A stretch of DNA of 64,000 nucleotides, taken from Candidatus Gastranaerophilales bacterium (lineage in GTDB: Bacteria > Cyanobacteriota > Vampirovibrionia > Gastranaerophilales > Gastranaerophilaceae). Position 1 is the stretch's first letter, and each line of letters begins with the position of its first letter. The stretch is taken from contig CALVAX010000010.1 of NCBI GenBank assembly GCA_944325605.1, positions 5,933 through 69,932 of the forward strand. The letters run 5' to 3'. The position numbers were made by a program, and so were the translations under genes. Shown here in pieces: positions 48,025-57,274 of the stretch. A model generated the notes under the pieces. The model made no database searches. It had not been told where the DNA came from and saw nothing but the letters and a program-made list of their open reading frames with translations.

Positions 48025-48681
48025 ATGGAAAACATAAACAGACACATCGAACATACTCTGCTGAAACAGGACGCAAAAGAAGAAGATTTTATAAAACTTT
48101 TTGAGGAAGCGAAAAAATATAACTTTCTCGGAGTTTGCGTTAACCCTATGTATGTAAGACTTGCTAAAGAAAACCTTAAAGACAGCCCCGTAAAAGTCGT
48201 AACAGTAGCAGGTTTTCCGCTCGGTGCAAACAGACCGGAAGTTAAAGCTTTTGAGACAAAACTTGCGATAGAAGACGGCGCAGATGAAATTGATATGGTT
48301 ATAAATGTTACAGCACTAAAAACCAAAGACTACGATTTTATCAAATATGATATTGAAACCGTAAAAGCTGCCTGCAAAAATCACCCGCTGAAAGTCATCT
48401 TAGAAACAGATTTGTTAACTAAAGACGAGATTAAAAAAGCGTGCGAACTCTGCATTGAAGCAAAAGCTGATTTTGTAAAAACATCAACAGGCTTTGTAAA
48501 AGGCGGTGTTGGCGCAAAGGCAGAAGACGTTGAATTGATGTATAAAACAGTATCCCCTTACGGCCTTAAAGTAAAAGCCTCGGGCGGAATAAGAGACAGA
48601 GAAACAGCAATAAAAATGCTTGAAGCAGGAGCAGAACGCCTCGGCACCAGCAGCGGAGTGAAGATTGTGGAAGGAAATTAA
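48025..48681 (+). CDS. deoC: deoxyribose-phosphate aldolase
   Basis: IEHTLLK, EIDMVIN, FVKTSTGF (Schiff-base Lys) and KASGGIR motifs. Confidence 0.95.
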   Translation: MENINRHIEHTLLKQDAKEEDFIKLFEEAKKYNFLGVCVNPMYVRLAKENLKDSPVKVVTVAGFPLGANRPEVKAFETKLAIEDGADEIDMVINVTALKTKDYDFIKYDIETVKAACKNHPLKVILETDLLTKDEIKKACELCIEAKADFVKTSTGFVKGGVGAKAEDVELMYKTVSPYGLKVKASGGIRDRETAIKMLEAGAERLGTSSGVKIVEGN

Positions 48682-48736
48682 CTGTTTTTATCTGCAAACA
48701 GAATGTTAAACAAATTCAAACGGTTTTGACATCTAT

Positions 48737-49463
48737 TTACGGAAGGCGGCTAAAAAAGTCTTTGTCATAAAGTGCTTTTATCGTGCATCCGCCGCCATTC
48801 ATATAATCGGTTGCAGTTGCGGAACATTTCATATTGCCCCAGCCTCTGTCAGGCATTTCACCTGAAGGAAATACACCGTCCTCATAGATAAGAAACATAA
48901 ACAAATCCTGTCCGAGTCGGTTTGGCCCTTTTTTGTAACCGTTTACATCAATACTTATACTCTTCGGGCAGGCTCCTATTGAGTTGACAAATATCATTGA
49001 ACCATCAGTCAAAATAAATTGCCCGTCGTCAAAACATTCCATATTGATATCAGTTGTTCCGGTAAAATTTTTATACGCCGGTCTGTTAATTGAAACACAT
49101 GCAGAGTCACGGTCATCGTACCCGAATCCGCAGTCAACAAGAACAGGCATATATTTCATAAGAGTTTCTTTAACCATATTTCCGTCTATATTATCATTTC
49201 TGGTAACAATACGTTCTCCTGTCAGTGCATAATGCATATCCAGCGCCTGATAAAGTCTTGAATAATTCTTTTTAAAAGCGGCTTCAAGCTGTTTGCCGCG
49301 TGCACGGTTTATTAACGACGGAAGCGTCATTGCGGCAACTAATCCGATTATTCCAATTGTAATCAGCACTTCCGCAAGTGTAAATCCTAAAAACCCGCTC
49401 AGAGGAAGTCTATGCGGCTGCCCCCCCCCCCCCTAAATCAGCTCTACAACTACGTTTCAGCAT
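48737..49463 (-). CDS. prepilin-type pilin-like protein, copy 2, frameshifted at a G13 tract (phase-variable candidate, OFF as sequenced)
   Basis: GAGGAGG RBS and ATG 49463 give MLKRSCRADLGGGG, then a frame break. With 12 G it continues QPHRLPLSGFLG|FTLAEVLITIGIIGLVAAMTLP. The span is 727 nt (3n+1). Confidence 0.75.
49421..49433 (-). repeat. homopolymeric G13 tract in pilin-2 leader
   Basis: 13 consecutive C on the plus strand. Confidence 0.95.
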
Positions 49464-49496
49464 TTTATCCTCCTCTGTTAGTTTTTCTTTAATTTT

Positions 49497-49525
49497 ATTT
49501 TAACAAATTTTTGTCACTTGTGCAA
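49497..49525 (-). promoter_or_regulatory. pilin-2 promoter
   Basis: The minus strand reads TTGCAC, 17 nt, (TGT)TAAAAT. Confidence 0.65.
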
Positions 49526-49577
49526 TATTTTATTTTTGGGACTTATATAGCAAATTCCAGAGATACAATAAAAGCCA

Positions 49578-49734
49578 GTCATTCTGAGGACTTTAGTCCG
49601 AAGAATCTTTTTTATTAAGATACTTAGCTAACGCTCAGTATGACATTCTTTTTCAAGTCATTCTGAAGGCGAAGCTCGAAGAATTTCCCCGCTTCCTGTA
49701 CGTCATTCTGAAGGAGCGAAGCGACTGAAGAATC
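49578..49734 (+). repeat. cluster of three REP-like units GTCATTCTGA-N-GAAGAATC
   Basis: Units at 49578-49607, 49657-49684 and 49702-49734. The last recurs exactly at 51548-51580. Confidence 0.85.
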
Positions 49735-50222
49735 TCCTTCTGTTTTTTATTTCGTCCTCCGGACGGGGGCACTCGCTTGGTTGCTCGCGTTATGCGGGTC
49801 TACGCTGCAAGGCTCATCGCCTTGACCGGCTCCGCCCTCTGCTCGCAATCCGCTTTGATGGCAAAGCGACGGAAACCAGCCGCACGCTTCGTTCTCTAAT
49901 AATTTGCTAGACTCGGCATTTTGGCGGGTAAACTCGCTGCGCTCACTAATCAATTGTAACCGTTTCAATTAAGCAAGTGAACTCGTGCTTCGCACTCAAA
50001 CAGCACTTGTTTTGAAGTTTTGAAACGGAACATTGATTGTTCGCTCCGCAATGGTCGGAGGGAAAATATTTTATGTAACGAACTTATCGTCTTAACGTCT
50101 TTTTTAAAGTGAATAAGTTCTTTTCGGCGCTCCGCGCTAGCTCCGCGCAAATTTTAATTAAACATTACGCACTTATTCACTTTGTTAAAATCGCCTTTCT
50201 CAACTCTCTTCACCCTCACTTT

Positions 50223-50398
50223 CGCCCCATTTTGTCATCCTGAGTTTGCGGATTTTCGGTAGGGTGAAGCAAAGCGGAACCCGTAAGGTGCGGGTCGGAC
50301 GTTACTCCGCCCGCACCCCGAATAATCCAAGATAGTCTCAGTATCTCAACGGGATTCTGAAACAAGTTCAGAATGACAGTGTAAGACAAAATGGGGCG
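50223..50398. mobile_element. MITE-like element E1, long form, second copy (nested insert 50248-50333)
   Basis: Same 14-bp TIRs. It matches 34469-34644 apart from differences just inside the right TIR. Confidence 0.7.
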
Positions 50399-50641
50399 CT
50401 GTCTTAACGTCCTAACATCTTTTATTCCAAAACAAACCCTTCAACTTTTCAACCCTCTTCACCCTTCACACTTCACGCCTCACTTTTTAGTCCGCCCCCT
50501 CTCCCTAGCCCACTCCCAGAGGGAGAGGGCAAAAATTTTACCGCATCACTAAGGTGTCAGTAATCAGAGATTCTCAGAACCTGCTAAAAACTACGCTTGA
50601 GATATAAATTTTTGTCTGACTGCCGGACAAGATTGCCGCTA

Positions 50642-51700
50642 TCAATCTTTAGAACCGTAAAAATAATCCATATTATCATAACGAATAATCCATTCGCCGC
50701 AGGTTCCGCCGTTACCTGTCGTAGCATTCTGATTTTTTTTCTTGCAGAACTTTTTTACATATTCATCGGTTCTGTTATAACCAACCGGAAAAATCCCTTT
50801 GTTAGTCGCAGCAAAAACGAAATGATCTTTTCCAAAATAATTTTTATTCTTCGGGTTACTGTTATTTGTAACAACAGCATAAATTATACCGCATTCATAA
50901 ATGGTTGTGGTATATGGATTCCCGTCATCATCAATATTTTCCTGATCGTATTCGCAACCCTGATGGACAGGATCAAGAATCATAAGAGAAAACCCGCCGT
51001 TCAAACGGATTTTCGGATAAATTTCCATATCATTCAACTCTCCCCAGCGATGCTCCCCGCTTAATGAAACAAACGAACCCTGAGATGTGCAGCCTTTTTT
51101 ATAATAGCATTTTTCAACAACATTCAGGTGCGGCTCCAGAATTTTTAACAAATCAGCTTCATCCTCAAGAATCCACGAATCCGGCGGGCCGCTTTCCATC
51201 ATCGCAAGATTGTATGCGTTTGCAAGAACCGAATACACTTTTTTGTATTTGGTTATAATAGCCTTTTCTTCATATCGTTTTGTAAGATTAGGAATAGTAA
51301 GGGCTGCGACAACTCCTATCAAGCCTAATGTAATCAGGACTTCCGCCATTGTGAAGGCTGAATGCCTTCTTTGCTTGTCATTCTGAACGGAGTGAAAAAT
51401 CCAGTTAGGTTTTAAGTGGATCCTTCGCCTTTGGCTCAGGATGACGTCCTTTTTTATGTCATTCTGAGGGTGGAAGCCCGAAGAATCTTCTTGTGCTGCC
51501 TTGTCATTCTGAAGGCAAAGCCCGAGGAATCCACTCGCACCCTGCACGTCATTCTGAAGGAGCGAAGCGACTGAAGAATCTTCTTGCTTTTTAATAAGAT
51601 CCTTCGCCTTTGGCTCAGGATGACGCTTAATTCCATTATTTTCGGCTAAAACGCTTGAAGGAGCCTGATTATAGGTTGCCCCCCCCCCCCGTAAATTCAA
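50642..51700 (-). CDS. prepilin-type pilin-like protein, copy 3, with about 115-codon repeat-built leader and G12 tract
   Basis: SAFTMAEVLITLGLIGVVAALTIPN class III signal. The ORF is open back to the G tract. The RBS-equipped ATG 51719 is out of frame by one nt (span 1078 = 3n+1). Confidence 0.75.
   Translation of the reverse strand: MNLRGGGATYNQAPSSVLAENNGIKRHPEPKAKDLIKKQEDSSVASLLQNDVQGASGFLGLCLQNDKAAQEDSSGFHPQNDIKKDVILSQRRRIHLKPNWIFHSVQNDKQRRHSAFTMAEVLITLGLIGVVAALTIPNLTKRYEEKAIITKYKKVYSVLANAYNLAMMESGPPDSWILEDEADLLKILEPHLNVVEKCYYKKGCTSQGSFVSLSGEHRWGELNDMEIYPKIRLNGGFSLMILDPVHQGCEYDQENIDDDGNPYTTTIYECGIIYAVVTNNSNPKNKNYFGKDHFVFAATNKGIFPVGYNRTDEYVKKFCKKKNQNATTGNGGTCGEWIIRYDNMDYFYGSKD
51377..51624. 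repeat. six REP-like units embedded in the pilin-3 leader-coding region
   Basis: Units at 51377-51402, 51418-51445, 51458-51487, 51503-51532, 51548-51580 and 51598-51624. Confidence 0.85.
51679..51690 (-). repeat. homopolymeric G12 tract in pilin-3 leader
   Basis: 12 consecutive C on the plus strand. Confidence 0.95.
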
Positions 51701-51759
51701 TCATAGTGCGGCTTTTCATACTCTTAGCTCCTTTGCTTTTTCACGTTCGTTACTCTTTT

Positions 51760-51788
51760 ATTTTAGCATGATTTTTTATGCTTTTCAA
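51760..51788 (-). promoter_or_regulatory. pilin-3 promoter (same sequence as the pilin-1 promoter)
   Basis: The minus strand reads TTGAAA, 17 nt, (TGC)TAAAAT. Confidence 0.65.
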
Positions 51789-51828
51789 GGGAAGGGAATT
51801 TTTTTGCGTGAAGGACTTTTCACACTTT

Positions 51829-51917
51829 CGCCCCATTTTGTCTTTCTCTGTCATCCTGAATTTATTTCAGGATCTCATCGGGATACTGAAACAAGTTCAG
51901 CATGACAAAATGGGGCG
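51829..51917. mobile_element. MITE-like element E1, short variant (89 bp)
   Basis: Same 14-bp TIRs with a divergent interior. Confidence 0.65.
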
Positions 51918-52003
51918 CTCCGTATCGCCTTTTTCTGAAACAAACCCTTCAACCTTTCAACTTTTCAACTCTTCAACCCTCCTCACCCTTCACGCCTCAC
52001 TTT

Positions 52004-52109
52004 GTTAGAACCTGACTTACAAATCACCCACACCCGAAATTGTAAGTTCGCTAATGCTCACTAACAATTTCTTCCCTCTCCCCTCAAGGGAGAGGGGATT
52101 TATTTTACG
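52004..52109 (+). repeat. 106-bp palindromic module E3, copy c
   Basis: Identical to 34725-34830 and 35006-35111. It is followed by the same 8-mer array and E5 module (52199-52244) as at 35112-35230. Confidence 0.9.
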
Positions 52110-52347
52110 AAACAAACCTTTCAACCATTCAACCTTTCAACCATTCAACTTTTCAACCTTTCAACTCTTCTCACTCTTCACCCTTCACCCCTCACTCTGA
52201 TAAAAACTTAACGCCCTATCGCCTTGCTGTCTTATCGCCTTTTTAAACGTAACGAACTTTTCGTCTTTACGTCCTGCGTCCTATCGTCCTATCGTCTTTC
52301 ACATATTTTTTTGACCATGGTATAATAATTATTAAGAAGGAAGCAGT

Positions 52348-53445
52348 ATGGGTGATGAAGATAAACAATTTGATGCGACGCCCAGAAAACTGGAACAGGC
52401 TCGCAAAGAAGGTCAGGTTGTAAAATCAAAAGATTTTTCAACTGCTATTTCTTTGCTCGTTTTGTTTACTGCAATTTACGGAGTTTCACCTTTTATATGG
52501 AATCAAATTACCCAGCTTTTTACGCTTATGTATGAGCAAATTCCGAATGCACATCTTGAAAAGATAGGTATGGCATATATTTTGATGATTACGATAAAAT
52601 GTGCCGCACTTATTATCGGGCCTATTCTATTTCTGGCCTGGCTTGTGGCAATTCTTGCGGATTTTATTCAGGTCGGCCCGCTTGTTGCGACAGCTCCTCT
52701 TATGCCGAAACTCGATAAACTTAACCCTACTAAATATTTCAAAAACATTATGTCCATAAAAACCCTCTTTGAACTTTTTAAGAATATAGTAAAAGTTGTG
52801 CTTCTGGGGTATATAGGCTGGACAGTATATATGGCGCATATTGAACATATTTTGATGCTTGCGGCTATTGACAACAATTTTGCTGTAATGATAGAGTTCG
52901 GAAAACTTGTTACTGAATTTATTTTCAAAGCCTGCATTGCGTTCCTTGTTATTGCCGCTGCCGACTACGGGGTTACTAAATGGAAGTTTCTGAAAGATCA
53001 GAAAATGTCTTTTAAAGAAATTAAAGATGAATATAAAAACACCGAAGGCGATCCAAACGTTAAAGCTGCTCTCAGACAAAGACGTATGCAGATGCTTCAA
53101 CGAGGAATGATGGATGCTGTTCCGGATGCTGATTTCGTCGTGACAAACCCTATTCACATTGCCTGCGCACTTAAATATAAAGCGGAAGAAATGGATTCTC
53201 CGATGCTTATTGCAAAAGGGACAGAGCTTATCGCAAAAAAAATTATTCAAATTGCAAAAGATCACAACATTCCGGTAATAGAAAATCCGCCGGTCGCAAG
53301 AGCCTTGTTTAAGATGGTCGATTTAAACAGGCAAATTCCGCCTGAATTGTACAAAGCTATTGCAGAAATTTTACTTTTTGTTTACAACTTGAAAAATAAT
53401 CAAAAGAGAAGTAGAATAGGTACAGAGCCTAATACTAGAAAATAA
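52348..53445 (+). CDS. flhB: flagellar export apparatus protein FlhB
   Basis: FDATPRKLEQARKEGQV N-terminus, 4 TM segments and the autocleavage site region VVTNPIHIACAL. TGGTATAAT at 52318-52326 and an AAGGAAG RBS lie upstream. Confidence 0.9.
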   Translation: MGDEDKQFDATPRKLEQARKEGQVVKSKDFSTAISLLVLFTAIYGVSPFIWNQITQLFTLMYEQIPNAHLEKIGMAYILMITIKCAALIIGPILFLAWLVAILADFIQVGPLVATAPLMPKLDKLNPTKYFKNIMSIKTLFELFKNIVKVVLLGYIGWTVYMAHIEHILMLAAIDNNFAVMIEFGKLVTEFIFKACIAFLVIAAADYGVTKWKFLKDQKMSFKEIKDEYKNTEGDPNVKAALRQRRMQMLQRGMMDAVPDADFVVTNPIHIACALKYKAEEMDSPMLIAKGTELIAKKIIQIAKDHNIPVIENPPVARALFKMVDLNRQIPPELYKAIAEILLFVYNLKNNQKRSRIGTEPNTRK

Positions 53446-53447
53446 TC

Positions 53448-54110
53448 ATGATTATGCAGGAAAAAAACAGACTACAAGAATACCTTGATATAGTAAGAAA
53501 AGTTGCAAAAGTCGAACACAGAAGAATACCGGCTCATATGGTTGAGTATGAAGAATTGTTGTCGATTGGTATTATTGCAGTACAGGCTCTTATCAAAAAC
53601 AAAACTCCGGAACAGCTTGCAAGATATAACATGGCCTATGTTGCAACCGCTGTCAGATGGGCAATCCGGAATGAACTTCGCATCCGATACAAATGGTATT
53701 CAATGAAACATAAAGCAGACGAAGAATTTGAACAGGATGAAGAAGTTGAAGGAATGGACATGCAAAAAGCAAAAGTCCGTGAAGCGGTGTATGAAACCGT
53801 TTTATCTATTGACGGACTTGCAGCTGCGGCCAGTGACAACGATTCTCCGTTTGATTTCTTAAAAGATCCGCACGCAAAACCTGATGAACAGGCAGAAATA
53901 GCCGAACTTGGCAGAATGATTCGTGCTGCAATTTCAAAACTTCCGCCAAAAGAAAGAACTGTTGTCGAATACAGGTTCTACAGGAATATGCAGGTAAAAG
54001 ACATAGCCACTCAGGTTGGACTTTCGCCTTCCAGAGTCACCCGTATAGTTCAATCATCGCTTAATTTCGTCAAAGAATATCTTAATAACCACGAACAGTA
54101 TGACTATTAA
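53448..54110 (+). CDS. fliA: sigma-70 family sigma factor, FliA/sigma-28-like
   Basis: Regions 2 and 4 are recognisable (VKDIATQVGLSPSRVTRIVQ HTH). It follows flhB directly. Confidence 0.7.
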   Translation: MIMQEKNRLQEYLDIVRKVAKVEHRRIPAHMVEYEELLSIGIIAVQALIKNKTPEQLARYNMAYVATAVRWAIRNELRIRYKWYSMKHKADEEFEQDEEVEGMDMQKAKVREAVYETVLSIDGLAAAASDNDSPFDFLKDPHAKPDEQAEIAELGRMIRAAISKLPPKERTVVEYRFYRNMQVKDIATQVGLSPSRVTRIVQSSLNFVKEYLNNHEQYDY

Positions 54111-55666
54111 GCTTGAACAATATTAACTCTCCGGTCATCTCTGATTTCAAGAGGCTGTTTCATTTTCCTGATATAATCACAGGCTAATTTATTTTTGTCT
54201 ACATCGTATTTCTTTATTATGAAGTCCGGATTTTCATTGCTTGGCAAATAATTATCCCCTCCGGTTGCAAAGAAGTCATCCATTGCACAGGTAAGTTTAT
54301 GATTAGGATCAGGATTATTTACATCAATTTTATGTTCATTACCGTCTTTATCCTGATATGACAAATCAAGCAGTTCGCCTTTATCATTCATGGTATATTT
54401 CATGCCTGAAACCAGAAGAATTCCGGGTTTTGAATTGTGCGACACAAGCGACTTGCCGCCGACTTTCAAAGCATCAACTATATCTTTTTCTGAAAGGCTT
54501 CCGACAAGCATTTTATCCTCAAAAGGCGTAATGTCATTAATCAAACGGCTGTCTACTTTGCCGACATCAAAATGTCCTCTTATGTTGCCTGCGTTCAGAA
54601 TTGCGATTTCTGTACCCAATTCCTGCCGCATAGCGTCTGCAATAAGGTTTCCATGAGGGTTGTTGGCAATCAATCTGTTCTTAGGTTCCGGATCTGCATA
54701 AGCTACGGTTCCTAAAATCTCTGGTTTTCCGATAATTTCTTCTACAGCAGTCCGGCTGGGAAGAGTTCTATTGAATTTTCGGGTATTAATCACATTATTT
54801 TGGACTTTTGACAATACGCCGTCATCAGTCCATTCTACATTCAGAACACCGACATTTTCACCGTCTTTGCCGGCCTGAGTAATGACTACCGGTTCGCCGG
54901 ATTTTGAATAAAAAAGATTTTCGCCTTGTTTGATATCCTTAACCATTTCATGAGAATGTCCGCCGATAATTATATCTATTCCTTCCGTTTCCTGAGCGAT
55001 TTTTTTATCCTGCTTAAGCCCGCTGTGAGAAAGAAGAATAATCTTATTAATGCCTTTTGAGCGCAGATTGTTTACTTCCTCCTGAACTTTTCTGATTGTT
55101 GTATCAAAATCATCAATTTTAATATCTTTCATTGAATCGTTAAGTTTGACGCGTTCTGCCATATCAGAAGGGGCAACTCCGATTATACCGAATTTCTGGC
55201 CATCACGTTCTTCTATTGTAGATTTCTGAATTTTTCCGGCCATCGGACTTGTCGGAGCCACTGACGCATTGATTGCCAGAAGTTTAAAGTTTGCATTTTT
55301 CAACAATTCTGCAAGGCGGCTCGGAACAACATCCAGTTCATGGTTTCCAAGTGCGTTTGCACTGACTCCTATCCAGTTTAGGAATTTGCTTGCGACCATA
55401 TTTGATATAAAATTAGCACCTAAGATAATATCTCCGGACGCAAGTTTTAATCGGACAGTGTTTTCATCTTTCGGAGATTTGTCAAAAACATCTGAAACCG
55501 TCTTAATTCGTTCCATATTAGTCATTTTACCGTGTACGTCATTCAGATAAAAAATGCTTGTCTTTGCTGTGGGATGTTTTTTATTTTGAGGGGTTGATGT
55601 ATTTTCATGCCCTTGCATATCTTGCTTTATTATATTTGAATTCGGATATGAATTGAAATTAATCAT
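54107..55666 (-). CDS. bifunctional metallophosphatase / 5'-nucleotidase
   Basis: LNDVHG, GNHELD and GGHSHE metallophosphoesterase motifs, plus a C-terminal 5'-nucleotidase domain. Confidence 0.85.
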   Translation of the reverse strand: MINFNSYPNSNIIKQDMQGHENTSTPQNKKHPTAKTSIFYLNDVHGKMTNMERIKTVSDVFDKSPKDENTVRLKLASGDIILGANFISNMVASKFLNWIGVSANALGNHELDVVPSRLAELLKNANFKLLAINASVAPTSPMAGKIQKSTIEERDGQKFGIIGVAPSDMAERVKLNDSMKDIKIDDFDTTIRKVQEEVNNLRSKGINKIILLSHSGLKQDKKIAQETEGIDIIIGGHSHEMVKDIKQGENLFYSKSGEPVVITQAGKDGENVGVLNVEWTDDGVLSKVQNNVINTRKFNRTLPSRTAVEEIIGKPEILGTVAYADPEPKNRLIANNPHGNLIADAMRQELGTEIAILNAGNIRGHFDVGKVDSRLINDITPFEDKMLVGSLSEKDIVDALKVGGKSLVSHNSKPGILLVSGMKYTMNDKGELLDLSYQDKDGNEHKIDVNNPDPNHKLTCAMDDFFATGGDNYLPSNENPDFIIKKYDVDKNKLACDYIRKMKQPLEIRDDRRVNIVQA

Positions 55667-55744
55667 TACTTTTACCTGTTTTCACTATTTCTAACGTTTC
55701 TAAAATTTTTTTTTGACTATTCTGGAAAAATTTGTAACAAATAG

Positions 55745-57181
55745 TTACGCTGCCATTTTTTGGGGCACAGAGTCCGGTTTGCTGTTTTTTTTCATTTCCT
55801 GATATGATTTAAGACCTTCTACCCAGTTTTCTACGAGGTTTACGTCATCTTTGACAACTTCCTGAGGCAATCCGGCATGATGAATTTTAGGAAGCAGGAC
55901 TTCCGCACTGTATTCTACAGCATGTGGAATATCGTCATCCGTGTCATTGCAGATGTATATCAATTTGCCTGATTCATCATATTTTTGACCGGTTATTGTA
56001 ATTTCATGACCGTTTATAATTTCATTGCTGTCATCAACTTCTGTATAGCCGATTATTACATTTTCACCTTTTGCCAGAGCATCGGAAATCTGTTTTTTCA
56101 TTGTTTCAAAATCCGTTTCATACCCTATAAGTTTTGCATTGTCATCTACTTTCTGATATGTCACGGAAATTTTATTTTTATCTTCGACTACAGACTCTGT
56201 GAATGTTTTTTCAAATTCAATCAAACCTTTGTCATTGTTGTTGAATTTACCTTTGCGTTTATCGCTTAAGGAATCATAAGTTTGCTGCGAGCCGACCTGC
56301 ATAAATGTTGACTGCATAAGAACGTCCAGTGCAGATCTTTCATACGGATCTCTGTTCGTTGTCTGAATTCTTGCTCTTATAATGGCATTTTTGTCAGGTG
56401 CAAACGTAAGATTTGCATTATCATAATCATCCATTTTAAATGGAATTTCAAAAGCATTCAAAAGCCAGATTGAATCCAGAGTGTTGTCTGTTAAATTTTT
56501 CATTTTTATATTTTTATTAACAGACATTGCAGGAGATGTAAGACCCTCTGCAAATCTTGCAAATTCAGCAGGAAACTTTGAAGCCAGATTAAATTCGATA
56601 CTTGAAGCCACACAGGTTCCTGAATGTTCAACATTTATATCATCTTCAGCTATTTTGCGCTGCAAAAGCATAGCTTTATCAAGGTTGTGTTCCCTCATAT
56701 AGGAATCAAGTATTTGGGGTTTTTGATTTTCAGGAATATCGCCGAACTGCTGGGTTATCACATGAGGATCCGCAATTGTGTCTATTGTATCTTTAAGAAT
56801 ACCTTCTCTGGAAAGCCCGTGTGCACGCTCTTTTACTGCAATATTATAAAGATTATCAAGAACTGTTGAATTGTCATTTGAATTTGCATTTAAAAGAATT
56901 CCGGTTTTCAACAGATCTTTCATCTTCTTTTTTGAAGATTTGTCAAGCATAGTTAAAATCGTATTATATTTATTTTTTTCTTCCTGACTGTTCATACGTG
57001 TTCTTAATTTAGAAGATGCAAAGGAGGGATTGTACGGGATTTTGTCATTGTACAACGGGTTTGAAACATAACCGGTTGAAAATTGTCCTGCCTGATTTGA
57101 CACCGTTGAAACTTTTTCCGTTTGCGAATTCCGGCTTGTGTTATAATTATAATATCTTGAATTTACACCTACTGGATACAC
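55745..57181 (-). CDS. hypothetical protein, possible papain-like Cys/His peptidase
   Basis: HSGTCVASSIEF (candidate nucleophile Cys) and INGHEITITG (candidate His). Only weak pattern evidence. Confidence 0.35.
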   Translation of the reverse strand: MYPVGVNSRYYNYNTSRNSQTEKVSTVSNQAGQFSTGYVSNPLYNDKIPYNPSFASSKLRTRMNSQEEKNKYNTILTMLDKSSKKKMKDLLKTGILLNANSNDNSTVLDNLYNIAVKERAHGLSREGILKDTIDTIADPHVITQQFGDIPENQKPQILDSYMREHNLDKAMLLQRKIAEDDINVEHSGTCVASSIEFNLASKFPAEFARFAEGLTSPAMSVNKNIKMKNLTDNTLDSIWLLNAFEIPFKMDDYDNANLTFAPDKNAIIRARIQTTNRDPYERSALDVLMQSTFMQVGSQQTYDSLSDKRKGKFNNNDKGLIEFEKTFTESVVEDKNKISVTYQKVDDNAKLIGYETDFETMKKQISDALAKGENVIIGYTEVDDSNEIINGHEITITGQKYDESGKLIYICNDTDDDIPHAVEYSAEVLLPKIHHAGLPQEVVKDDVNLVENWVEGLKSYQEMKKNSKPDSVPQKMAA

Positions 57182-57274
57182 TACAATTTCACTCCACTTA
57201 TTTATATAAACAACAATAACGCAAAAAAATTGCTATAAAAATTAATTAAGTAAATAAATGTAAAGAAGGAACTA

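Larger units (their letters stand above)
49526..50640. repeat. non-coding repeat island B1
   Basis: Contains REP units, the GC-rich 49747-50065 element, an E4 hairpin module (50107-50180; other copy 34895-34957) and E1 long (50223-50398). Confidence 0.8.
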
